Notes: generated by a model not told the origin, from the sequence alone. DNA of 64,000 nucleotides from an uncultured Clostridia bacterium (GCA_944391815.1 CALXUV010000046.1:20195-84194), one strand, 5' to 3'. Positions 20,262-29,481 are shown, counted from the first letter of the stretch. Program-made: numbers and translations.

Positions 20262-20873
20262 ATGGTTGATGTTCCAATATATTTAAAGGAATGTACTAAA
20301 ATAAAAAAAGTTCAGAAAGATGCTATAATTCTACAAGTTTTATGTGATTGTGGTTGTTCATCCTTATATTTATTAGAAAATATTTTAGATGAGGAAGAAG
20401 CTAATATTATAAAAGCACATGAAAAGAGATTTAGTAAATGGAGCCGTATAGAAAATTATACCGATCCAATTACGCAAATTAGATATTTAGTTGCAAGAAA
20501 TGCTTTTGGGAGAATTTTTGATAAAATTCCGACAAGCGAAATTCAGGATATTAGGAGAACGCAGATTATAAAAGTAGAATGTGGTGAGTGTGGAAGGCAA
20601 CTCGTAATATATGATAGTCGCTATCATGGTTATGATGCAATCGTAACAAAAAATCAATTTTCTACCGGTTGCAAAAAATATCAGTATAGGTTACTACAAA
20701 AAAAATCAATGGAGGTAGAGATAAAAATTAGGAATGATTTGACATATGATGAGTTTTGCGAAGAATCCGAAGAAAATTCTATCAAAGAATTTTCAAATGC
20801 TTTTTCAAGTATAGAAATTTATGGAATTAAAGATGGCAAGAAAAAGAAATATTTTGAAAGAGAAACAGCATAG
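20262..20873 (+). CDS. Putative immunity protein
   Basis: AAAGGAG RBS directly after the tip stop; CDC and CGEC motifs; low GC. Confidence 0.7.
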   Translation: MVDVPIYLKECTKIKKVQKDAIILQVLCDCGCSSLYLLENILDEEEANIIKAHEKRFSKWSRIENYTDPITQIRYLVARNAFGRIFDKIPTSEIQDIRRTQIIKVECGECGRQLVIYDSRYHGYDAIVTKNQFSTGCKKYQYRLLQKKSMEVEIKIRNDLTYDEFCEESEENSIKEFSNAFSSIEIYGIKDGKKKKYFERETA

Positions 20874-20911
20874 CTTGTCGAAAACATAAGACGGGAATCC
20901 CACTAATAGGT

Positions 20912-21120
20912 TAGGCGAGTTGCCCGTTGTGGCAACTCCTTATCCTGCTTGTCAATTCCAAATCTTTGCCACAAGGATTGTTGTAAAAGTAGTAAATTTT
21001 GTGGCAGGATAAGAAAAATGCAACAAAGATGATTTTTGCATAAGAACAATCGGAAAGCCAGACTTTCTCTCCATCCACACGAATATACACAGTTTTACTG
21101 TGTATATTCGTGTCATCTCC
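20912..21120. repeat. Structured non-coding repeat, copy A
   Basis: Homologous to 22159-22367 at offset 1247; includes a perfect 16-bp hairpin ACACGAATATACACAG-TTTTA-CTGTGTATATTCGTGT (21077-21113). Confidence 0.9.
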
Positions 21121-21876
21121 GAAGAGACAGGACTTAATTACCTCCAGTCAAGATATTACGACCCTGAAACTGCAAGATTTATAAGTCCTGACGAAACAGA
21201 TTATCTTGAACCTCAGTCTTTCGGCGGGCTTAACCTGTATGCGTACTGCTTGAATAATCCTATTAAGCATATAGATCCAACAGGACATGCTCCCAAATGG
21301 TGGCAGTGGTTAATTGGCGGTATAGGTATAGCATTAATTGCCGTGGCCGCAGGTTTGGCTATTTGGGGAACTGGTGGTGTTGCAGCATTTGGATTAGGGG
21401 CATTAATTGGATCGGTAAGTGTTGGTGCTATAGGTGCAGGCGTTGGTGCGGGTATAGGTTATGCAGTCGGCGGCAAAGATGGATTATGGCAGGGTGCGCT
21501 AATTGGATTAGGTGTCGGAGCTGCCGTAGGTTTTATTGTCGGCGGAACCATTGGTGCAAACACCTATAGTTCAATGTTAGGTACTAATTTTGGTAAAATG
21601 GGTACCGTTGTAAAACATCCGGGAATAAAAGTAAATTGGTCGCAAAGTATGATTCATGGACCTGAAAGAATGTTACAACGTGGAGTTACTAAAAGAGTCG
21701 TAAATTCAACAGTTCGTAAAGGAATTGCGCTTTCTCAAACAGGTGGAAAATTCGCTTTTGTTACTAAAAAAGCCTTTGCTGTTGTATCTTCTTCAGGTGT
21801 CCTTATAACAACTTATGGAAAAGATTTTTATGATTCAGGCATGTTAGAAATTATAAAGGCTCTATTTGGAGGATAA
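21100..21876 (+). CDS. Orphan Rhs toxin-tip cassette, putative BECR-fold (DUF4258-like) RNase tip; start codon doubtful
   Basis: Core YLQSRYYDPETARFISPD...DPTGH; tip HGPERMLQRGVT...GKFAFVT...VVSSSGVLITTY; the GTG start lies in a hairpin arm with no SD. Confidence 0.8.
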   Translation: MYIRVISEETGLNYLQSRYYDPETARFISPDETDYLEPQSFGGLNLYAYCLNNPIKHIDPTGHAPKWWQWLIGGIGIALIAVAAGLAIWGTGGVAAFGLGALIGSVSVGAIGAGVGAGIGYAVGGKDGLWQGALIGLGVGAAVGFIVGGTIGANTYSSMLGTNFGKMGTVVKHPGIKVNWSQSMIHGPERMLQRGVTKRVVNSTVRKGIALSQTGGKFAFVTKKAFAVVSSSGVLITTYGKDFYDSGMLEIIKALFGG

Positions 21877-21879
21877 AGT

Positions 21880-22137
21880 ATGTTATTGATTATTAATGCT
21901 TTATTAGATTTGTGGGATCCATATGAAATTTATTTGTTTCCAAAAGATGAATATACAGGTTATGCCATTAAAATTCATGAATTTATTGAGAAACATAAAG
22001 TTATTAATATAGAAACACTTACAAATTTTGTTTTTACAATTTTACCTCCTATAAGCAAAGATATTGATAATAATACCTTATCAAAAGTTGAATATGAGAG
22101 ATTTGCAAAAACATTATTATTAGTATTAAAAGAATGA
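21880..22137 (+). CDS. Putative immunity protein, DUF1871-like
   Basis: WDP...PKDEY motif; GGAGG RBS inside the end of the toxin gene. Confidence 0.7.
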   Translation: MLLIINALLDLWDPYEIYLFPKDEYTGYAIKIHEFIEKHKVINIETLTNFVFTILPPISKDIDNNTLSKVEYERFAKTLLLVLKE

Positions 22138-22158
22138 GTGTGATTATCGCTTGTAAAG

Positions 22159-22367
22159 TGGGCTAATTGTCCATTGTGGCAATTCCTTATCCTGCCTGCT
22201 GGGTTCAAAGCTCTACTATAAAGGATTGTTGTAAAACTATGGATTTTATGGCAGGATAAGAAAAATGCAACAAAGTTGATTTTTGCATAAGAACAATCGG
22301 AAAGCCAGACTTTCTCTCCATCCACACGAATATACACAGTTTTACTGTGTATATTCGTGTCATCTCC
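22159..22367. repeat. Structured non-coding repeat, copy B
   Basis: Same element as 20912-21120; identical 16-bp hairpin at 22324-22360. Confidence 0.9.
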
Positions 22368-23141
22368 GAAGAGACCGGACTTTATTACCTCCAGGCAAGA
22401 TATTACGACCCTGAAACTGCAAGATTTATAAGTCCTGACAAAACAGATTATCTTGACCCTCAGTCTTTCGGTGGGCTTAACCTGTATGCTTACTGCTTGA
22501 ATAATCCGATTAAGCATATAGATCCAACAGGACATTTTGTGATGTCAATTGGTTTGTTGGTACTTATAGGCTTTGGTGTAGGAGCAATTATCAGTTCTGG
22601 AACAAATATATTAACTCAAAGTATAGATAAAGGTTGGGAAAATATTAATTGGTGGCAAGTAGCATTAGAGGGCTTAATAGGTGGTATAAATGGAGCTTTG
22701 GCTATGTCTACATTAAACGCATTAGCTTTATGCGGAATAGGTGCGGGTCTTGGTTTTATCGGAGGTCTTGGAGGTGCTCTTCTCAACGAAGAAAAATTAA
22801 ATTCGCTTGAGACGTGGTCGAATATTTTAAATTCAACGGTAATTGGTGCAATATCCGGGTTAGGCGCTGGCGCCAGAAATGCTATATCTCTGAACAAAGC
22901 GAAAAAAACCACCGAATTTTTAAAGGCAGCATCCAGTTATGAAAAAGTATTAAATAAAATTGCAGCTGGTGGGTATAAAAATTTAGCAGGCGCAGCTGGT
23001 GCGAGATTCTTAACAGGAAGGGCATTAAATAATGCTTGGAATAAAATGGTATTATCACAAATATCAAGATCACTTGTTAAATCACTTTTAAAATCTGGGG
23101 CTATAACATTGTCGTTTAATTTAGCGATAGTTTATTCATAA
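22347..23141 (+). CDS. Orphan Rhs toxin-tip cassette, hydrophobic/helical tip; start codon doubtful
   Basis: Rhs core motifs plus DPTGH; Gly-rich TM-like region and basic helical C-terminus. Confidence 0.8.
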   Translation: MYIRVISEETGLYYLQARYYDPETARFISPDKTDYLDPQSFGGLNLYAYCLNNPIKHIDPTGHFVMSIGLLVLIGFGVGAIISSGTNILTQSIDKGWENINWWQVALEGLIGGINGALAMSTLNALALCGIGAGLGFIGGLGGALLNEEKLNSLETWSNILNSTVIGAISGLGAGARNAISLNKAKKTTEFLKAASSYEKVLNKIAAGGYKNLAGAAGARFLTGRALNNAWNKMVLSQISRSLVKSLLKSGAITLSFNLAIVYS

Positions 23142-23158
23142 TTTTTTCGGAGGAAAGT

Positions 23159-23683
23159 TTGAAAAATTTTTTAATTATATCTGTGTTAACATTATTAATC
23201 CATATTCTTTTTTTAATATATTTCGTTAAATTTGGAAGAAATTTTAAAAAAAAAAGAAAAATGAATGTCGTAGAAGCAACAGCTGCCATATCTTTTCCTT
23301 ATGAGCCTGTCTTGCTTTGGGGAATAGGATTCTTGCAATGTATTTTGGTTAACGTTGTAATATATATTGATCTTGTAAAAGACCAGAATACTTTAGATAT
23401 AATTTCCATGAGACTTGAATTTACAACACTAATTTTGACAATAATTATTTTCATTTATACGAGGTGGAACATCGAACTCAAAGATGACGTAATAATAATA
23501 CAAGGCTATTTCAAAAAAAAAATTATTCATTATTCGGATATAACTGAAATAAAGCAAACAATGTTCACATATAAATTCTTATCAAATAAAAAGCCCTTAT
23601 TTTCCCTGAATGTAAGGTATCATCATTTTGACCTGATTTTTGTAGAAAAAATTAGAATTAAAATGCAAAATAACATACCATGA
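23159..23683 (+). CDS. Putative membrane immunity protein (TM helices plus PH-like tail)
   Basis: TTG start with GGAGG RBS; three hydrophobic segments; AT-rich. Confidence 0.7.
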   Translation: MKNFLIISVLTLLIHILFLIYFVKFGRNFKKKRKMNVVEATAAISFPYEPVLLWGIGFLQCILVNVVIYIDLVKDQNTLDIISMRLEFTTLILTIIIFIYTRWNIELKDDVIIIQGYFKKKIIHYSDITEIKQTMFTYKFLSNKKPLFSLNVRYHHFDLIFVEKIRIKMQNNIP

Positions 23684-23718
23684 TACAAAAGTCTGGTTAT
23701 TCAATAATGTTTAAATAT

Positions 23719-23746
23719 ATACTGCCCAGCTCACGCCGGGCAGTAT
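23719..23746. terminator. Possible intrinsic terminator
   Basis: ATACTGCCC-N10-GGGCAGTAT perfect 9-bp stem after the immunity gene; weak U-tract. Confidence 0.5.
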
Positions 23747-23862
23747 TATTGATGTTTTGACAAAAAAAGTATATTATATAGTAGCTTAAATCAAATACAC
23801 GTTTTATAAACAAACTCTTACACCATTTTAAAAAAAGAAGACTAATAAACTAAACAAATTTA

Positions 23863-24727
23863 CCGGCGGCATCGGAACAGTTAACCCGATAAGGTACAGA
23901 TCATACTCTTATGATTCTGAAACCAAACTTTATTACCTCCAGTCAAGATATTACGACCCTGAAATGCAAGATTTATAAGTCCTGACAAAACAGATTATCT
24001 TGAACCTCAGTCTTTCGGTGGGCTTAACTTGTATGCTTACTGCTTGAATAATCCGATTAAGCATATAGATCCAACAGGACATTTTGTGATGTCAATTGGT
24101 TTGTTGGTACTTATAGGCTTTGGTGTAGGAGCTATTATTGGTGCAGGTACAAGTGTTGCAGGACAGTATATTGCTAATGGATATAGTTGGGATAACTTTA
24201 GTTGGGGGCAACTTGCTCTGGATACAATATTAGGTGGTGCAAGTGGAATGTTATCGATGTCTCCATTAGGAAGATTAGCTATGATAGCGGCAAATGCAGG
24301 AATTGCATTTGTGGGCGCTGTAGGTGGACATTTGATAAATGGCAGTGATTTTGATGCCTCGACTTGGTTAGATATAGGAATATCTACAATGTTGGGAGTC
24401 GCCGCAGGTGCTTTAGGAGGAAGGGGAGCTCTTAACGTTAAAGGATTAAATGAAGCTAGAAAAACCGCAGGCTTTATAAGAGCATCTGGTTTATATGATA
24501 AAGTAATGACAAAAGCAGTTACTGGTGGATATAGAACAGCTGGTATTGCCGCAAATGCATTAAGATTGTCTGGATATAATCTAACAAGACAGTGGAACAA
24601 AATGATAGTAAAGCAGGCCGGTGATGCTTTGGCTAAATCATTGGCGATAAGTGCAGGAGTTTTATTTTCAGGTTCCGCCGTTAAACCGTTAATTGTTAAT
24701 CAGTCTGTTTCCTTTTTTAATCTTTGA
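23863..24727 (+). pseudogene. Orphan Rhs toxin-tip cassette with frameshifted core; tip frame 23963-24727 intact
   Basis: Core homology starts at 23863 (GGCGGCATCGGAACAG); CCTGAAATGCAAG vs CCTGAAAATGCAAG in the parent is a 1-nt deletion; DPTGH then tip. Confidence 0.8.
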
Positions 24728-24743
24728 TCTGAGGTAGTATTTT

Positions 24744-25241
24744 ATGTGGGATTTTCTTGCGTTTTGTTTAGGAGTATTTTTAAAAAGCATTACACTGCTG
24801 ATTGTAAAGCTATGGAAGAAAAAATATTTTAAAAAAGAACTTTACTGTGACGAAAAGGTTGGTATTATACTTTTATTTAGTGATGCGTTAATATTACTTA
24901 CACCCTTTTTGGTTTTTTTGGGAATATTCGATGGTTTTACCGGTCCAGTATTAGTAATTATTGTTCTAATCACAAACGCCTTTCTTTTGCCCATGTATGT
25001 ATACAATTCAACGACATGCATTTACTTGGAAGAAGATTATCTTTGCAAGAGAAATCTAGTTATTTTTAAAAAAATACAAATAAATAAAAACACAATAATT
25101 CGTCGCTCGTGGTTTAAATGTGTGATCAGCACTGATAAAAAGAAAATAATTATACCTGATCCCCGAAATCTTGAAGGACCATACATTATGTTTCTGTACA
25201 GAATAAATGAAATAATTAATTATAAAAAAGAGATATCTTAA
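24744..25241 (+). CDS. Putative membrane immunity protein
   Basis: GAGGT RBS 16 nt after the tip stop; three hydrophobic segments. Confidence 0.7.
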   Translation: MWDFLAFCLGVFLKSITLLIVKLWKKKYFKKELYCDEKVGIILLFSDALILLTPFLVFLGIFDGFTGPVLVIIVLITNAFLLPMYVYNSTTCIYLEEDYLCKRNLVIFKKIQINKNTIIRRSWFKCVISTDKKKIIIPDPRNLEGPYIMFLYRINEIINYKKEIS

Positions 25242-25401
25242 AATTTGCCGTCCGACTATTGCCGGACGGATTATCTTTATTTATTATGATAAATAATCAT
25301 AAAATATGATTTTGACAGTTAAATAATCGACAACATAAATAAGCAACAAGTTGAAAGATTTTATTATATCAACAACATTTTTCTGAACTTAAACGCTTTT
25401 G

Positions 25402-27270
25402 TCAGATAAACTTCCTGTCATACAGAAGTGCAGCTATAAGTACCACAAAACATGAGCCGGCATTATGCACCAATGCTCCTGTTGTCGGATTTAAAATACC
25501 CGCGACTGAAAGAGCAACCGCAACAAAATTGATGCACATTGAAAGAGTTATGCTCGCTTTTATTGTCCTGACAGTGGCATTTGAAAGTCGTTTCAAATAC
25601 GGTATTTTGGTTATATCGTCACCGACTAAAGCTATATCTGCCGCTTCAACCGCTATATCACTTCCCATACTTCCCATAGCTACCCCGACATCAGCTGTTT
25701 TCAGTGCCGGCGCATCGTTTACCCCATCGCCTATCATGCATACATTTCTGTTTTCAGATTGTATTTGCGATATCTTTTCCACTTTCTCTTCCGGCATTAA
25801 TTCAGCGTAAACTTCTTTGATTCCCGCCTTTTTTGCAAAGTATTCTGCTGTTTTACGATTGTCTCCGGTAAGCAGAACCGCCTGCGAATGCATTTCTTTT
25901 ATTGCAGAGATTATGTCTGATGCTTCCGGTCTTATCCTGTCAGAAAGCGCTATCACTCCGATACAACTTCCATCGCAAGCTACCAGTACCGATGCCTTTC
26001 CCTGCTCGCGTAATCTTTCAAGCTCGGTATTTATGGGTTCATTTGTACCGATGCCGTTATCTTTCATGTATTTTTCACTTCCGCAAAATACTTCCCTGCT
26101 GCCAATCAAAGCCCTGATTCCCTTCCCTGCACTCATTGAAAATTCTGTCGACTCTTCTGTGCTGACTCCTTTTTCTGCGGCGTGGTTTGTTATTGCTTTT
26201 CCGAGGGGGTGCTCGCTTTTTGCTTCAGCTGACGCCGCCAATTTCAGAATACAGTCCTGTGAAACCGATTTATCGAATGATATAACATCACTTACCTCAA
26301 GTTTTCCGTATGTAAGCGTTCCGGTTTTATCAAAAGCTATTGTATCTACCTTTCCCATTCTTTCGAGTGCTTCTCCGGACTTAATAATCACCCCGTGCTT
26401 TGTTGCCTGACCGATCGCCGCCATTATTGCAGTGGGAGTTGCAAGAACCAATGCGCACGGACAGAACACAACCAATACAGTAACTGCTCGAACTATGTCT
26501 TTTGTCACCGCACCGGTTATCAAGGCTATAAGTAAAGCCAGCGGGACAAGCCAGCTTGCTGCCCTGTCAGCTATTCTTGCCATCGGAGCTTTACGTTCTT
26601 CTGCATCCTTTACCATTCTTATCAGTTTTTGCAGTGAACTGTCATTTCCTACCTTTGTGGCTGTAATATCGATAGCTCCGAATCGGTTTATTGTTCCGCA
26701 GTAAACATCATCGCCGGCAATTTTGTCGACAGGCAACGACTCACCTGTCATTATCGACTGGTCAACTGAAGTTTCTCCGTTTAACACCGTACCGTCAACC
26801 GGTATCGCCTCTCCGGGTAAAATCCGTAGTATATCGCCCTCCTTTATATTTTCAGCATCAATAATCTCTTCCCTGCCATCCGTTACCCTTCTTCCCTTTA
26901 CCGGAGTCAGAGCTATAAGTTTTTTAAGTCCCTTTTTAGCTCGGTTTGTTGTCATATCCTCAAGAATTGCACCGATTGCCATTATAAAAGCCACTTCTCC
27001 GGCGGCGAAAAGATCCCCTATTAAAATTGCGGCAATCATTGCCACTGTGATCAGTAAAGCCGAAGATATTTTGCTTATTCCGGGATTATAAATTATTCTC
27101 CATACGGCAAGGTAAAGAAGCGGTAATCCACTGATAATCACTGTAACCCATGCCGGATCAACCGGTAATTTTACTCCCGCTTTCGGTAAAAACAAACTGA
27201 GAAGCAAAAATACTCCTGCTACCAAGGTTGCAGGCAGTCCGCATAAAAATTCATTTACTTTTTTTAACAT
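25402..27270 (-). CDS. P1B-type heavy-metal translocating ATPase lacking an N-terminal HMA domain
   Basis: TGES, CPC, DKTGT, HP and GDGVND motifs; GGAGG RBS. Confidence 0.95.
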   Translation of the reverse strand: MLKKVNEFLCGLPATLVAGVFLLLSLFLPKAGVKLPVDPAWVTVIISGLPLLYLAVWRIIYNPGISKISSALLITVAMIAAILIGDLFAAGEVAFIMAIGAILEDMTTNRAKKGLKKLIALTPVKGRRVTDGREEIIDAENIKEGDILRILPGEAIPVDGTVLNGETSVDQSIMTGESLPVDKIAGDDVYCGTINRFGAIDITATKVGNDSSLQKLIRMVKDAEERKAPMARIADRAASWLVPLALLIALITGAVTKDIVRAVTVLVVFCPCALVLATPTAIMAAIGQATKHGVIIKSGEALERMGKVDTIAFDKTGTLTYGKLEVSDVISFDKSVSQDCILKLAASAEAKSEHPLGKAITNHAAEKGVSTEESTEFSMSAGKGIRALIGSREVFCGSEKYMKDNGIGTNEPINTELERLREQGKASVLVACDGSCIGVIALSDRIRPEASDIISAIKEMHSQAVLLTGDNRKTAEYFAKKAGIKEVYAELMPEEKVEKISQIQSENRNVCMIGDGVNDAPALKTADVGVAMGSMGSDIAVEAADIALVGDDITKIPYLKRLSNATVRTIKASITLSMCINFVAVALSVAGILNPTTGALVHNAGSCFVVLIAALLYDRKFI

Positions 27271-27288
27271 CTGAAAAACCTCCGGTTA

Positions 27289-27317
27289 TTGACAAAAAAG
27301 AAAAATTAAAGTAAAAT
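27289..27317 (+). promoter_or_regulatory. Sigma-A promoter for the TetR gene
   Basis: TTGACA-17-TAAAAT. Confidence 0.7.
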
Positions 27318-27355
27318 GTGTTTGTTACCAAACAATTTGTTTTGTTTCTGTCAGC

Positions 27356-27384
27356 ATTATACACAACTTTAAGTTCTGTTTCAA
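27356..27384 (-). promoter_or_regulatory. Sigma-A promoter for the ATPase
   Basis: TTGAAA-17-TATAAT on the minus strand. Confidence 0.7.
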
Positions 27385-27445
27385 TAATCACATTTCAATC
27401 ATTGTACTTTACGGAACATTTTACTTAATTTGTTCGGGAGGTTTT

Positions 27446-28012
27446 ATGGACAGGCGCCAAAAAAAGACACGGGAGGCAATATTCAAAGCATTTACCGTAC
27501 TTCTTTCAAAAAAACATTATAATCAGATTTCCGTTCAGGAAATAATCGACTTAGCCGATATAGGCAGAACCACTTTCTACTCACATTTCGAAACAAAAGA
27601 CTATCTTCTGAAAGATCTCTGTGAAGAACTTTTCGGTCATATAATTGATACAGCTATGGGGCTTCCGCACGGTCATTACCATTATTCATGTGGAACTGCC
27701 GCGGATTCGGTTTTCTTGCATCTTCTTCGCCATCTTCAGGAAAATGACCGCAATATTCTCGAGCTTCTGACCTCTCAGAATAACGAAATTTTTCTGCGGT
27801 ATTTCAAAAGTAATCTGAAAAAGCTTATTGTTACTCAATACGCTGACAAAGGTCTGCCTGACAACAGTACTCTTCCCCGTGACTATCTTATAAGCCATAT
27901 TTCTTCTTCTTTTGTTGATACCGTTGACTGGTGGCTTTCTCACAACATGAAAGAATCTCCCGAAGAAATCACGGGGTATTTCCTTGCAGTAACAGATCCT
28001 CTGATCGGATAA
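27446..28012 (+). CDS. TetR/AcrR family regulator, SczA-like
   Basis: N-terminal HTH (ISVQEIIDLADIGRTTFYSHF); LC..LF.H, HL..H and F.DT..WWL segments recall pneumococcal SczA. Confidence 0.9.
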   Translation: MDRRQKKTREAIFKAFTVLLSKKHYNQISVQEIIDLADIGRTTFYSHFETKDYLLKDLCEELFGHIIDTAMGLPHGHYHYSCGTAADSVFLHLLRHLQENDRNILELLTSQNNEIFLRYFKSNLKKLIVTQYADKGLPDNSTLPRDYLISHISSSFVDTVDWWLSHNMKESPEEITGYFLAVTDPLIG

Positions 28013-28310
28013 TTGTTGTTTTTGACTGCAGGATAGGTAAATAATTGTCGGCAATAAGTAAATCTGTTGTATTGCAAAAAAGTGATAATGTGTTAAAATC
28101 AGTTCGGGAAGATACCGTTGTTTCAGGTATATTTACTTGCATAAATGTTCAGGTAATGTACAATGCTTATATAATTACTTATCTTAAAAATCCGAATTAT
28201 TACCCGTAATATATTTCGGTTTTTATGCTTTACGTAACCTGAAACTTCGGATTTAACAAAAAGTCGGGTACTTTTGCGCCGGACTTTTGTTTGGACAAGA
28301 GGGAGATTTT

Positions 28311-29249
28311 ATGGATTATTATATCAAAAATTTCGGTGCGATTCCGGATACCGAAGATTTACAGACCGAAAAAATTCAGGCCGCCATAGACTGTTGCAGT
28401 TTTTCAGGTGGCGGCAGAGTAATAATTGAAGGTGGCAGATACAAAATTTCCACAATCATTATGAAAAATAATGTAGAGCTGCATATTAATTCCGACAGTA
28501 TTCTTGTAGCTTCTGATAACTGCAACGATTTTACCGAACTTTCCGGTTTAAAGCATGTTAATAGTCAGAAGTTGCCGCGATTTCGTAACTCCTGCATTAT
28601 TTTTGCGGAAGAAACAGAAAATATTGCACTCACCGGTTACGGCACTATCGATTGCAGCGGAAATAAATTTGTGGAAAAATCCGATGATTACCGGATGCCG
28701 TACAAAAGACTCGATATCCCCACTCCCCCGAGAGCGGTGTTTTTCACAGGGTGTAAAAACGTAAGGATAGAAAACATAACAATGCAGAATCAGCCGGCGG
28801 GATGGTCATTCTGGATTCACGACTGTGATTTTGTTCACTTTGATAAAATCAGAATCGATGCCTGCCTTGACTATCCGAACAATGACGGTATTCACATTAA
28901 CAGCAGCAGAAATGTAACTGTATCCGACTGTTTTATCAGGTGTGGGGATGACTGCATAGTTTTAAGAGCAAACAATTCTTCCCTGACCGAAAACAAGATC
29001 TGCGAAAACATTTCAGTATCCGGATGTACGCTTGTAACAAGATGTAACGGCATCAGAATCGGCTGGCTGTGTGACGGCGTTATAAGAAACTGCACATTTG
29101 AAAAAATCAAAAGCTCCGAAAAAGATCCGGAGAAAAATTTCGGGGCAACCGAAAAACTTGTTTTCGGCTCTGACGGTTATCATTCAATTCAGCTTCATCA
29201 CTGTGACAATGTAGTTTTCAACTGTACATCATTCAGTGTTTCAGAATAA
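28311..29249 (+). CDS. Glycoside hydrolase family 28 (polygalacturonase-like), possibly internally deleted
   Basis: FGA.PD, NNDGIH, GDDC and GIRIG motifs; ATG at 28311 after GGGAG preferred over the ORF-track TTG at 28287. Confidence 0.8.
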   Translation: MDYYIKNFGAIPDTEDLQTEKIQAAIDCCSFSGGGRVIIEGGRYKISTIIMKNNVELHINSDSILVASDNCNDFTELSGLKHVNSQKLPRFRNSCIIFAEETENIALTGYGTIDCSGNKFVEKSDDYRMPYKRLDIPTPPRAVFFTGCKNVRIENITMQNQPAGWSFWIHDCDFVHFDKIRIDACLDYPNNDGIHINSSRNVTVSDCFIRCGDDCIVLRANNSSLTENKICENISVSGCTLVTRCNGIRIGWLCDGVIRNCTFEKIKSSEKDPEKNFGATEKLVFGSDGYHSIQLHHCDNVVFNCTSFSVSE

Positions 29250-29481
29250 TATCTGTTATTTCGCTCCTCCCCATCCCTTTTCTTATTAAATCACTGTTTC
29301 TTTCTCTCACGGTGAATCAATGAAACTGACTTTGTTTTGTTAAGTTACCATTAGTGAAATTCTGAATACAGAAATTCAGACACAAATAACCACCTGCTTC
29401 CAAAGAATTCAGTGTAAAGTCAATCTTTTAAGCTTAGTTTGTTTTATTATTTATAAATCCAAATCATAAACCGGTTAACAT

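Noticed and set aside
21975-22535. 186-aa minus-strand ORF across the structured repeat
   Set aside because: Antisense to an immunity gene and a cassette; the frame is not preserved in copy A (indel differences)
20912-24132. Integron or CRISPR-like array made by the cassette repeats
   Set aside because: Repeats are mostly Rhs coding sequence; there are no clear RYYYAAC/GTTRRRY boxes and no integrase in the window
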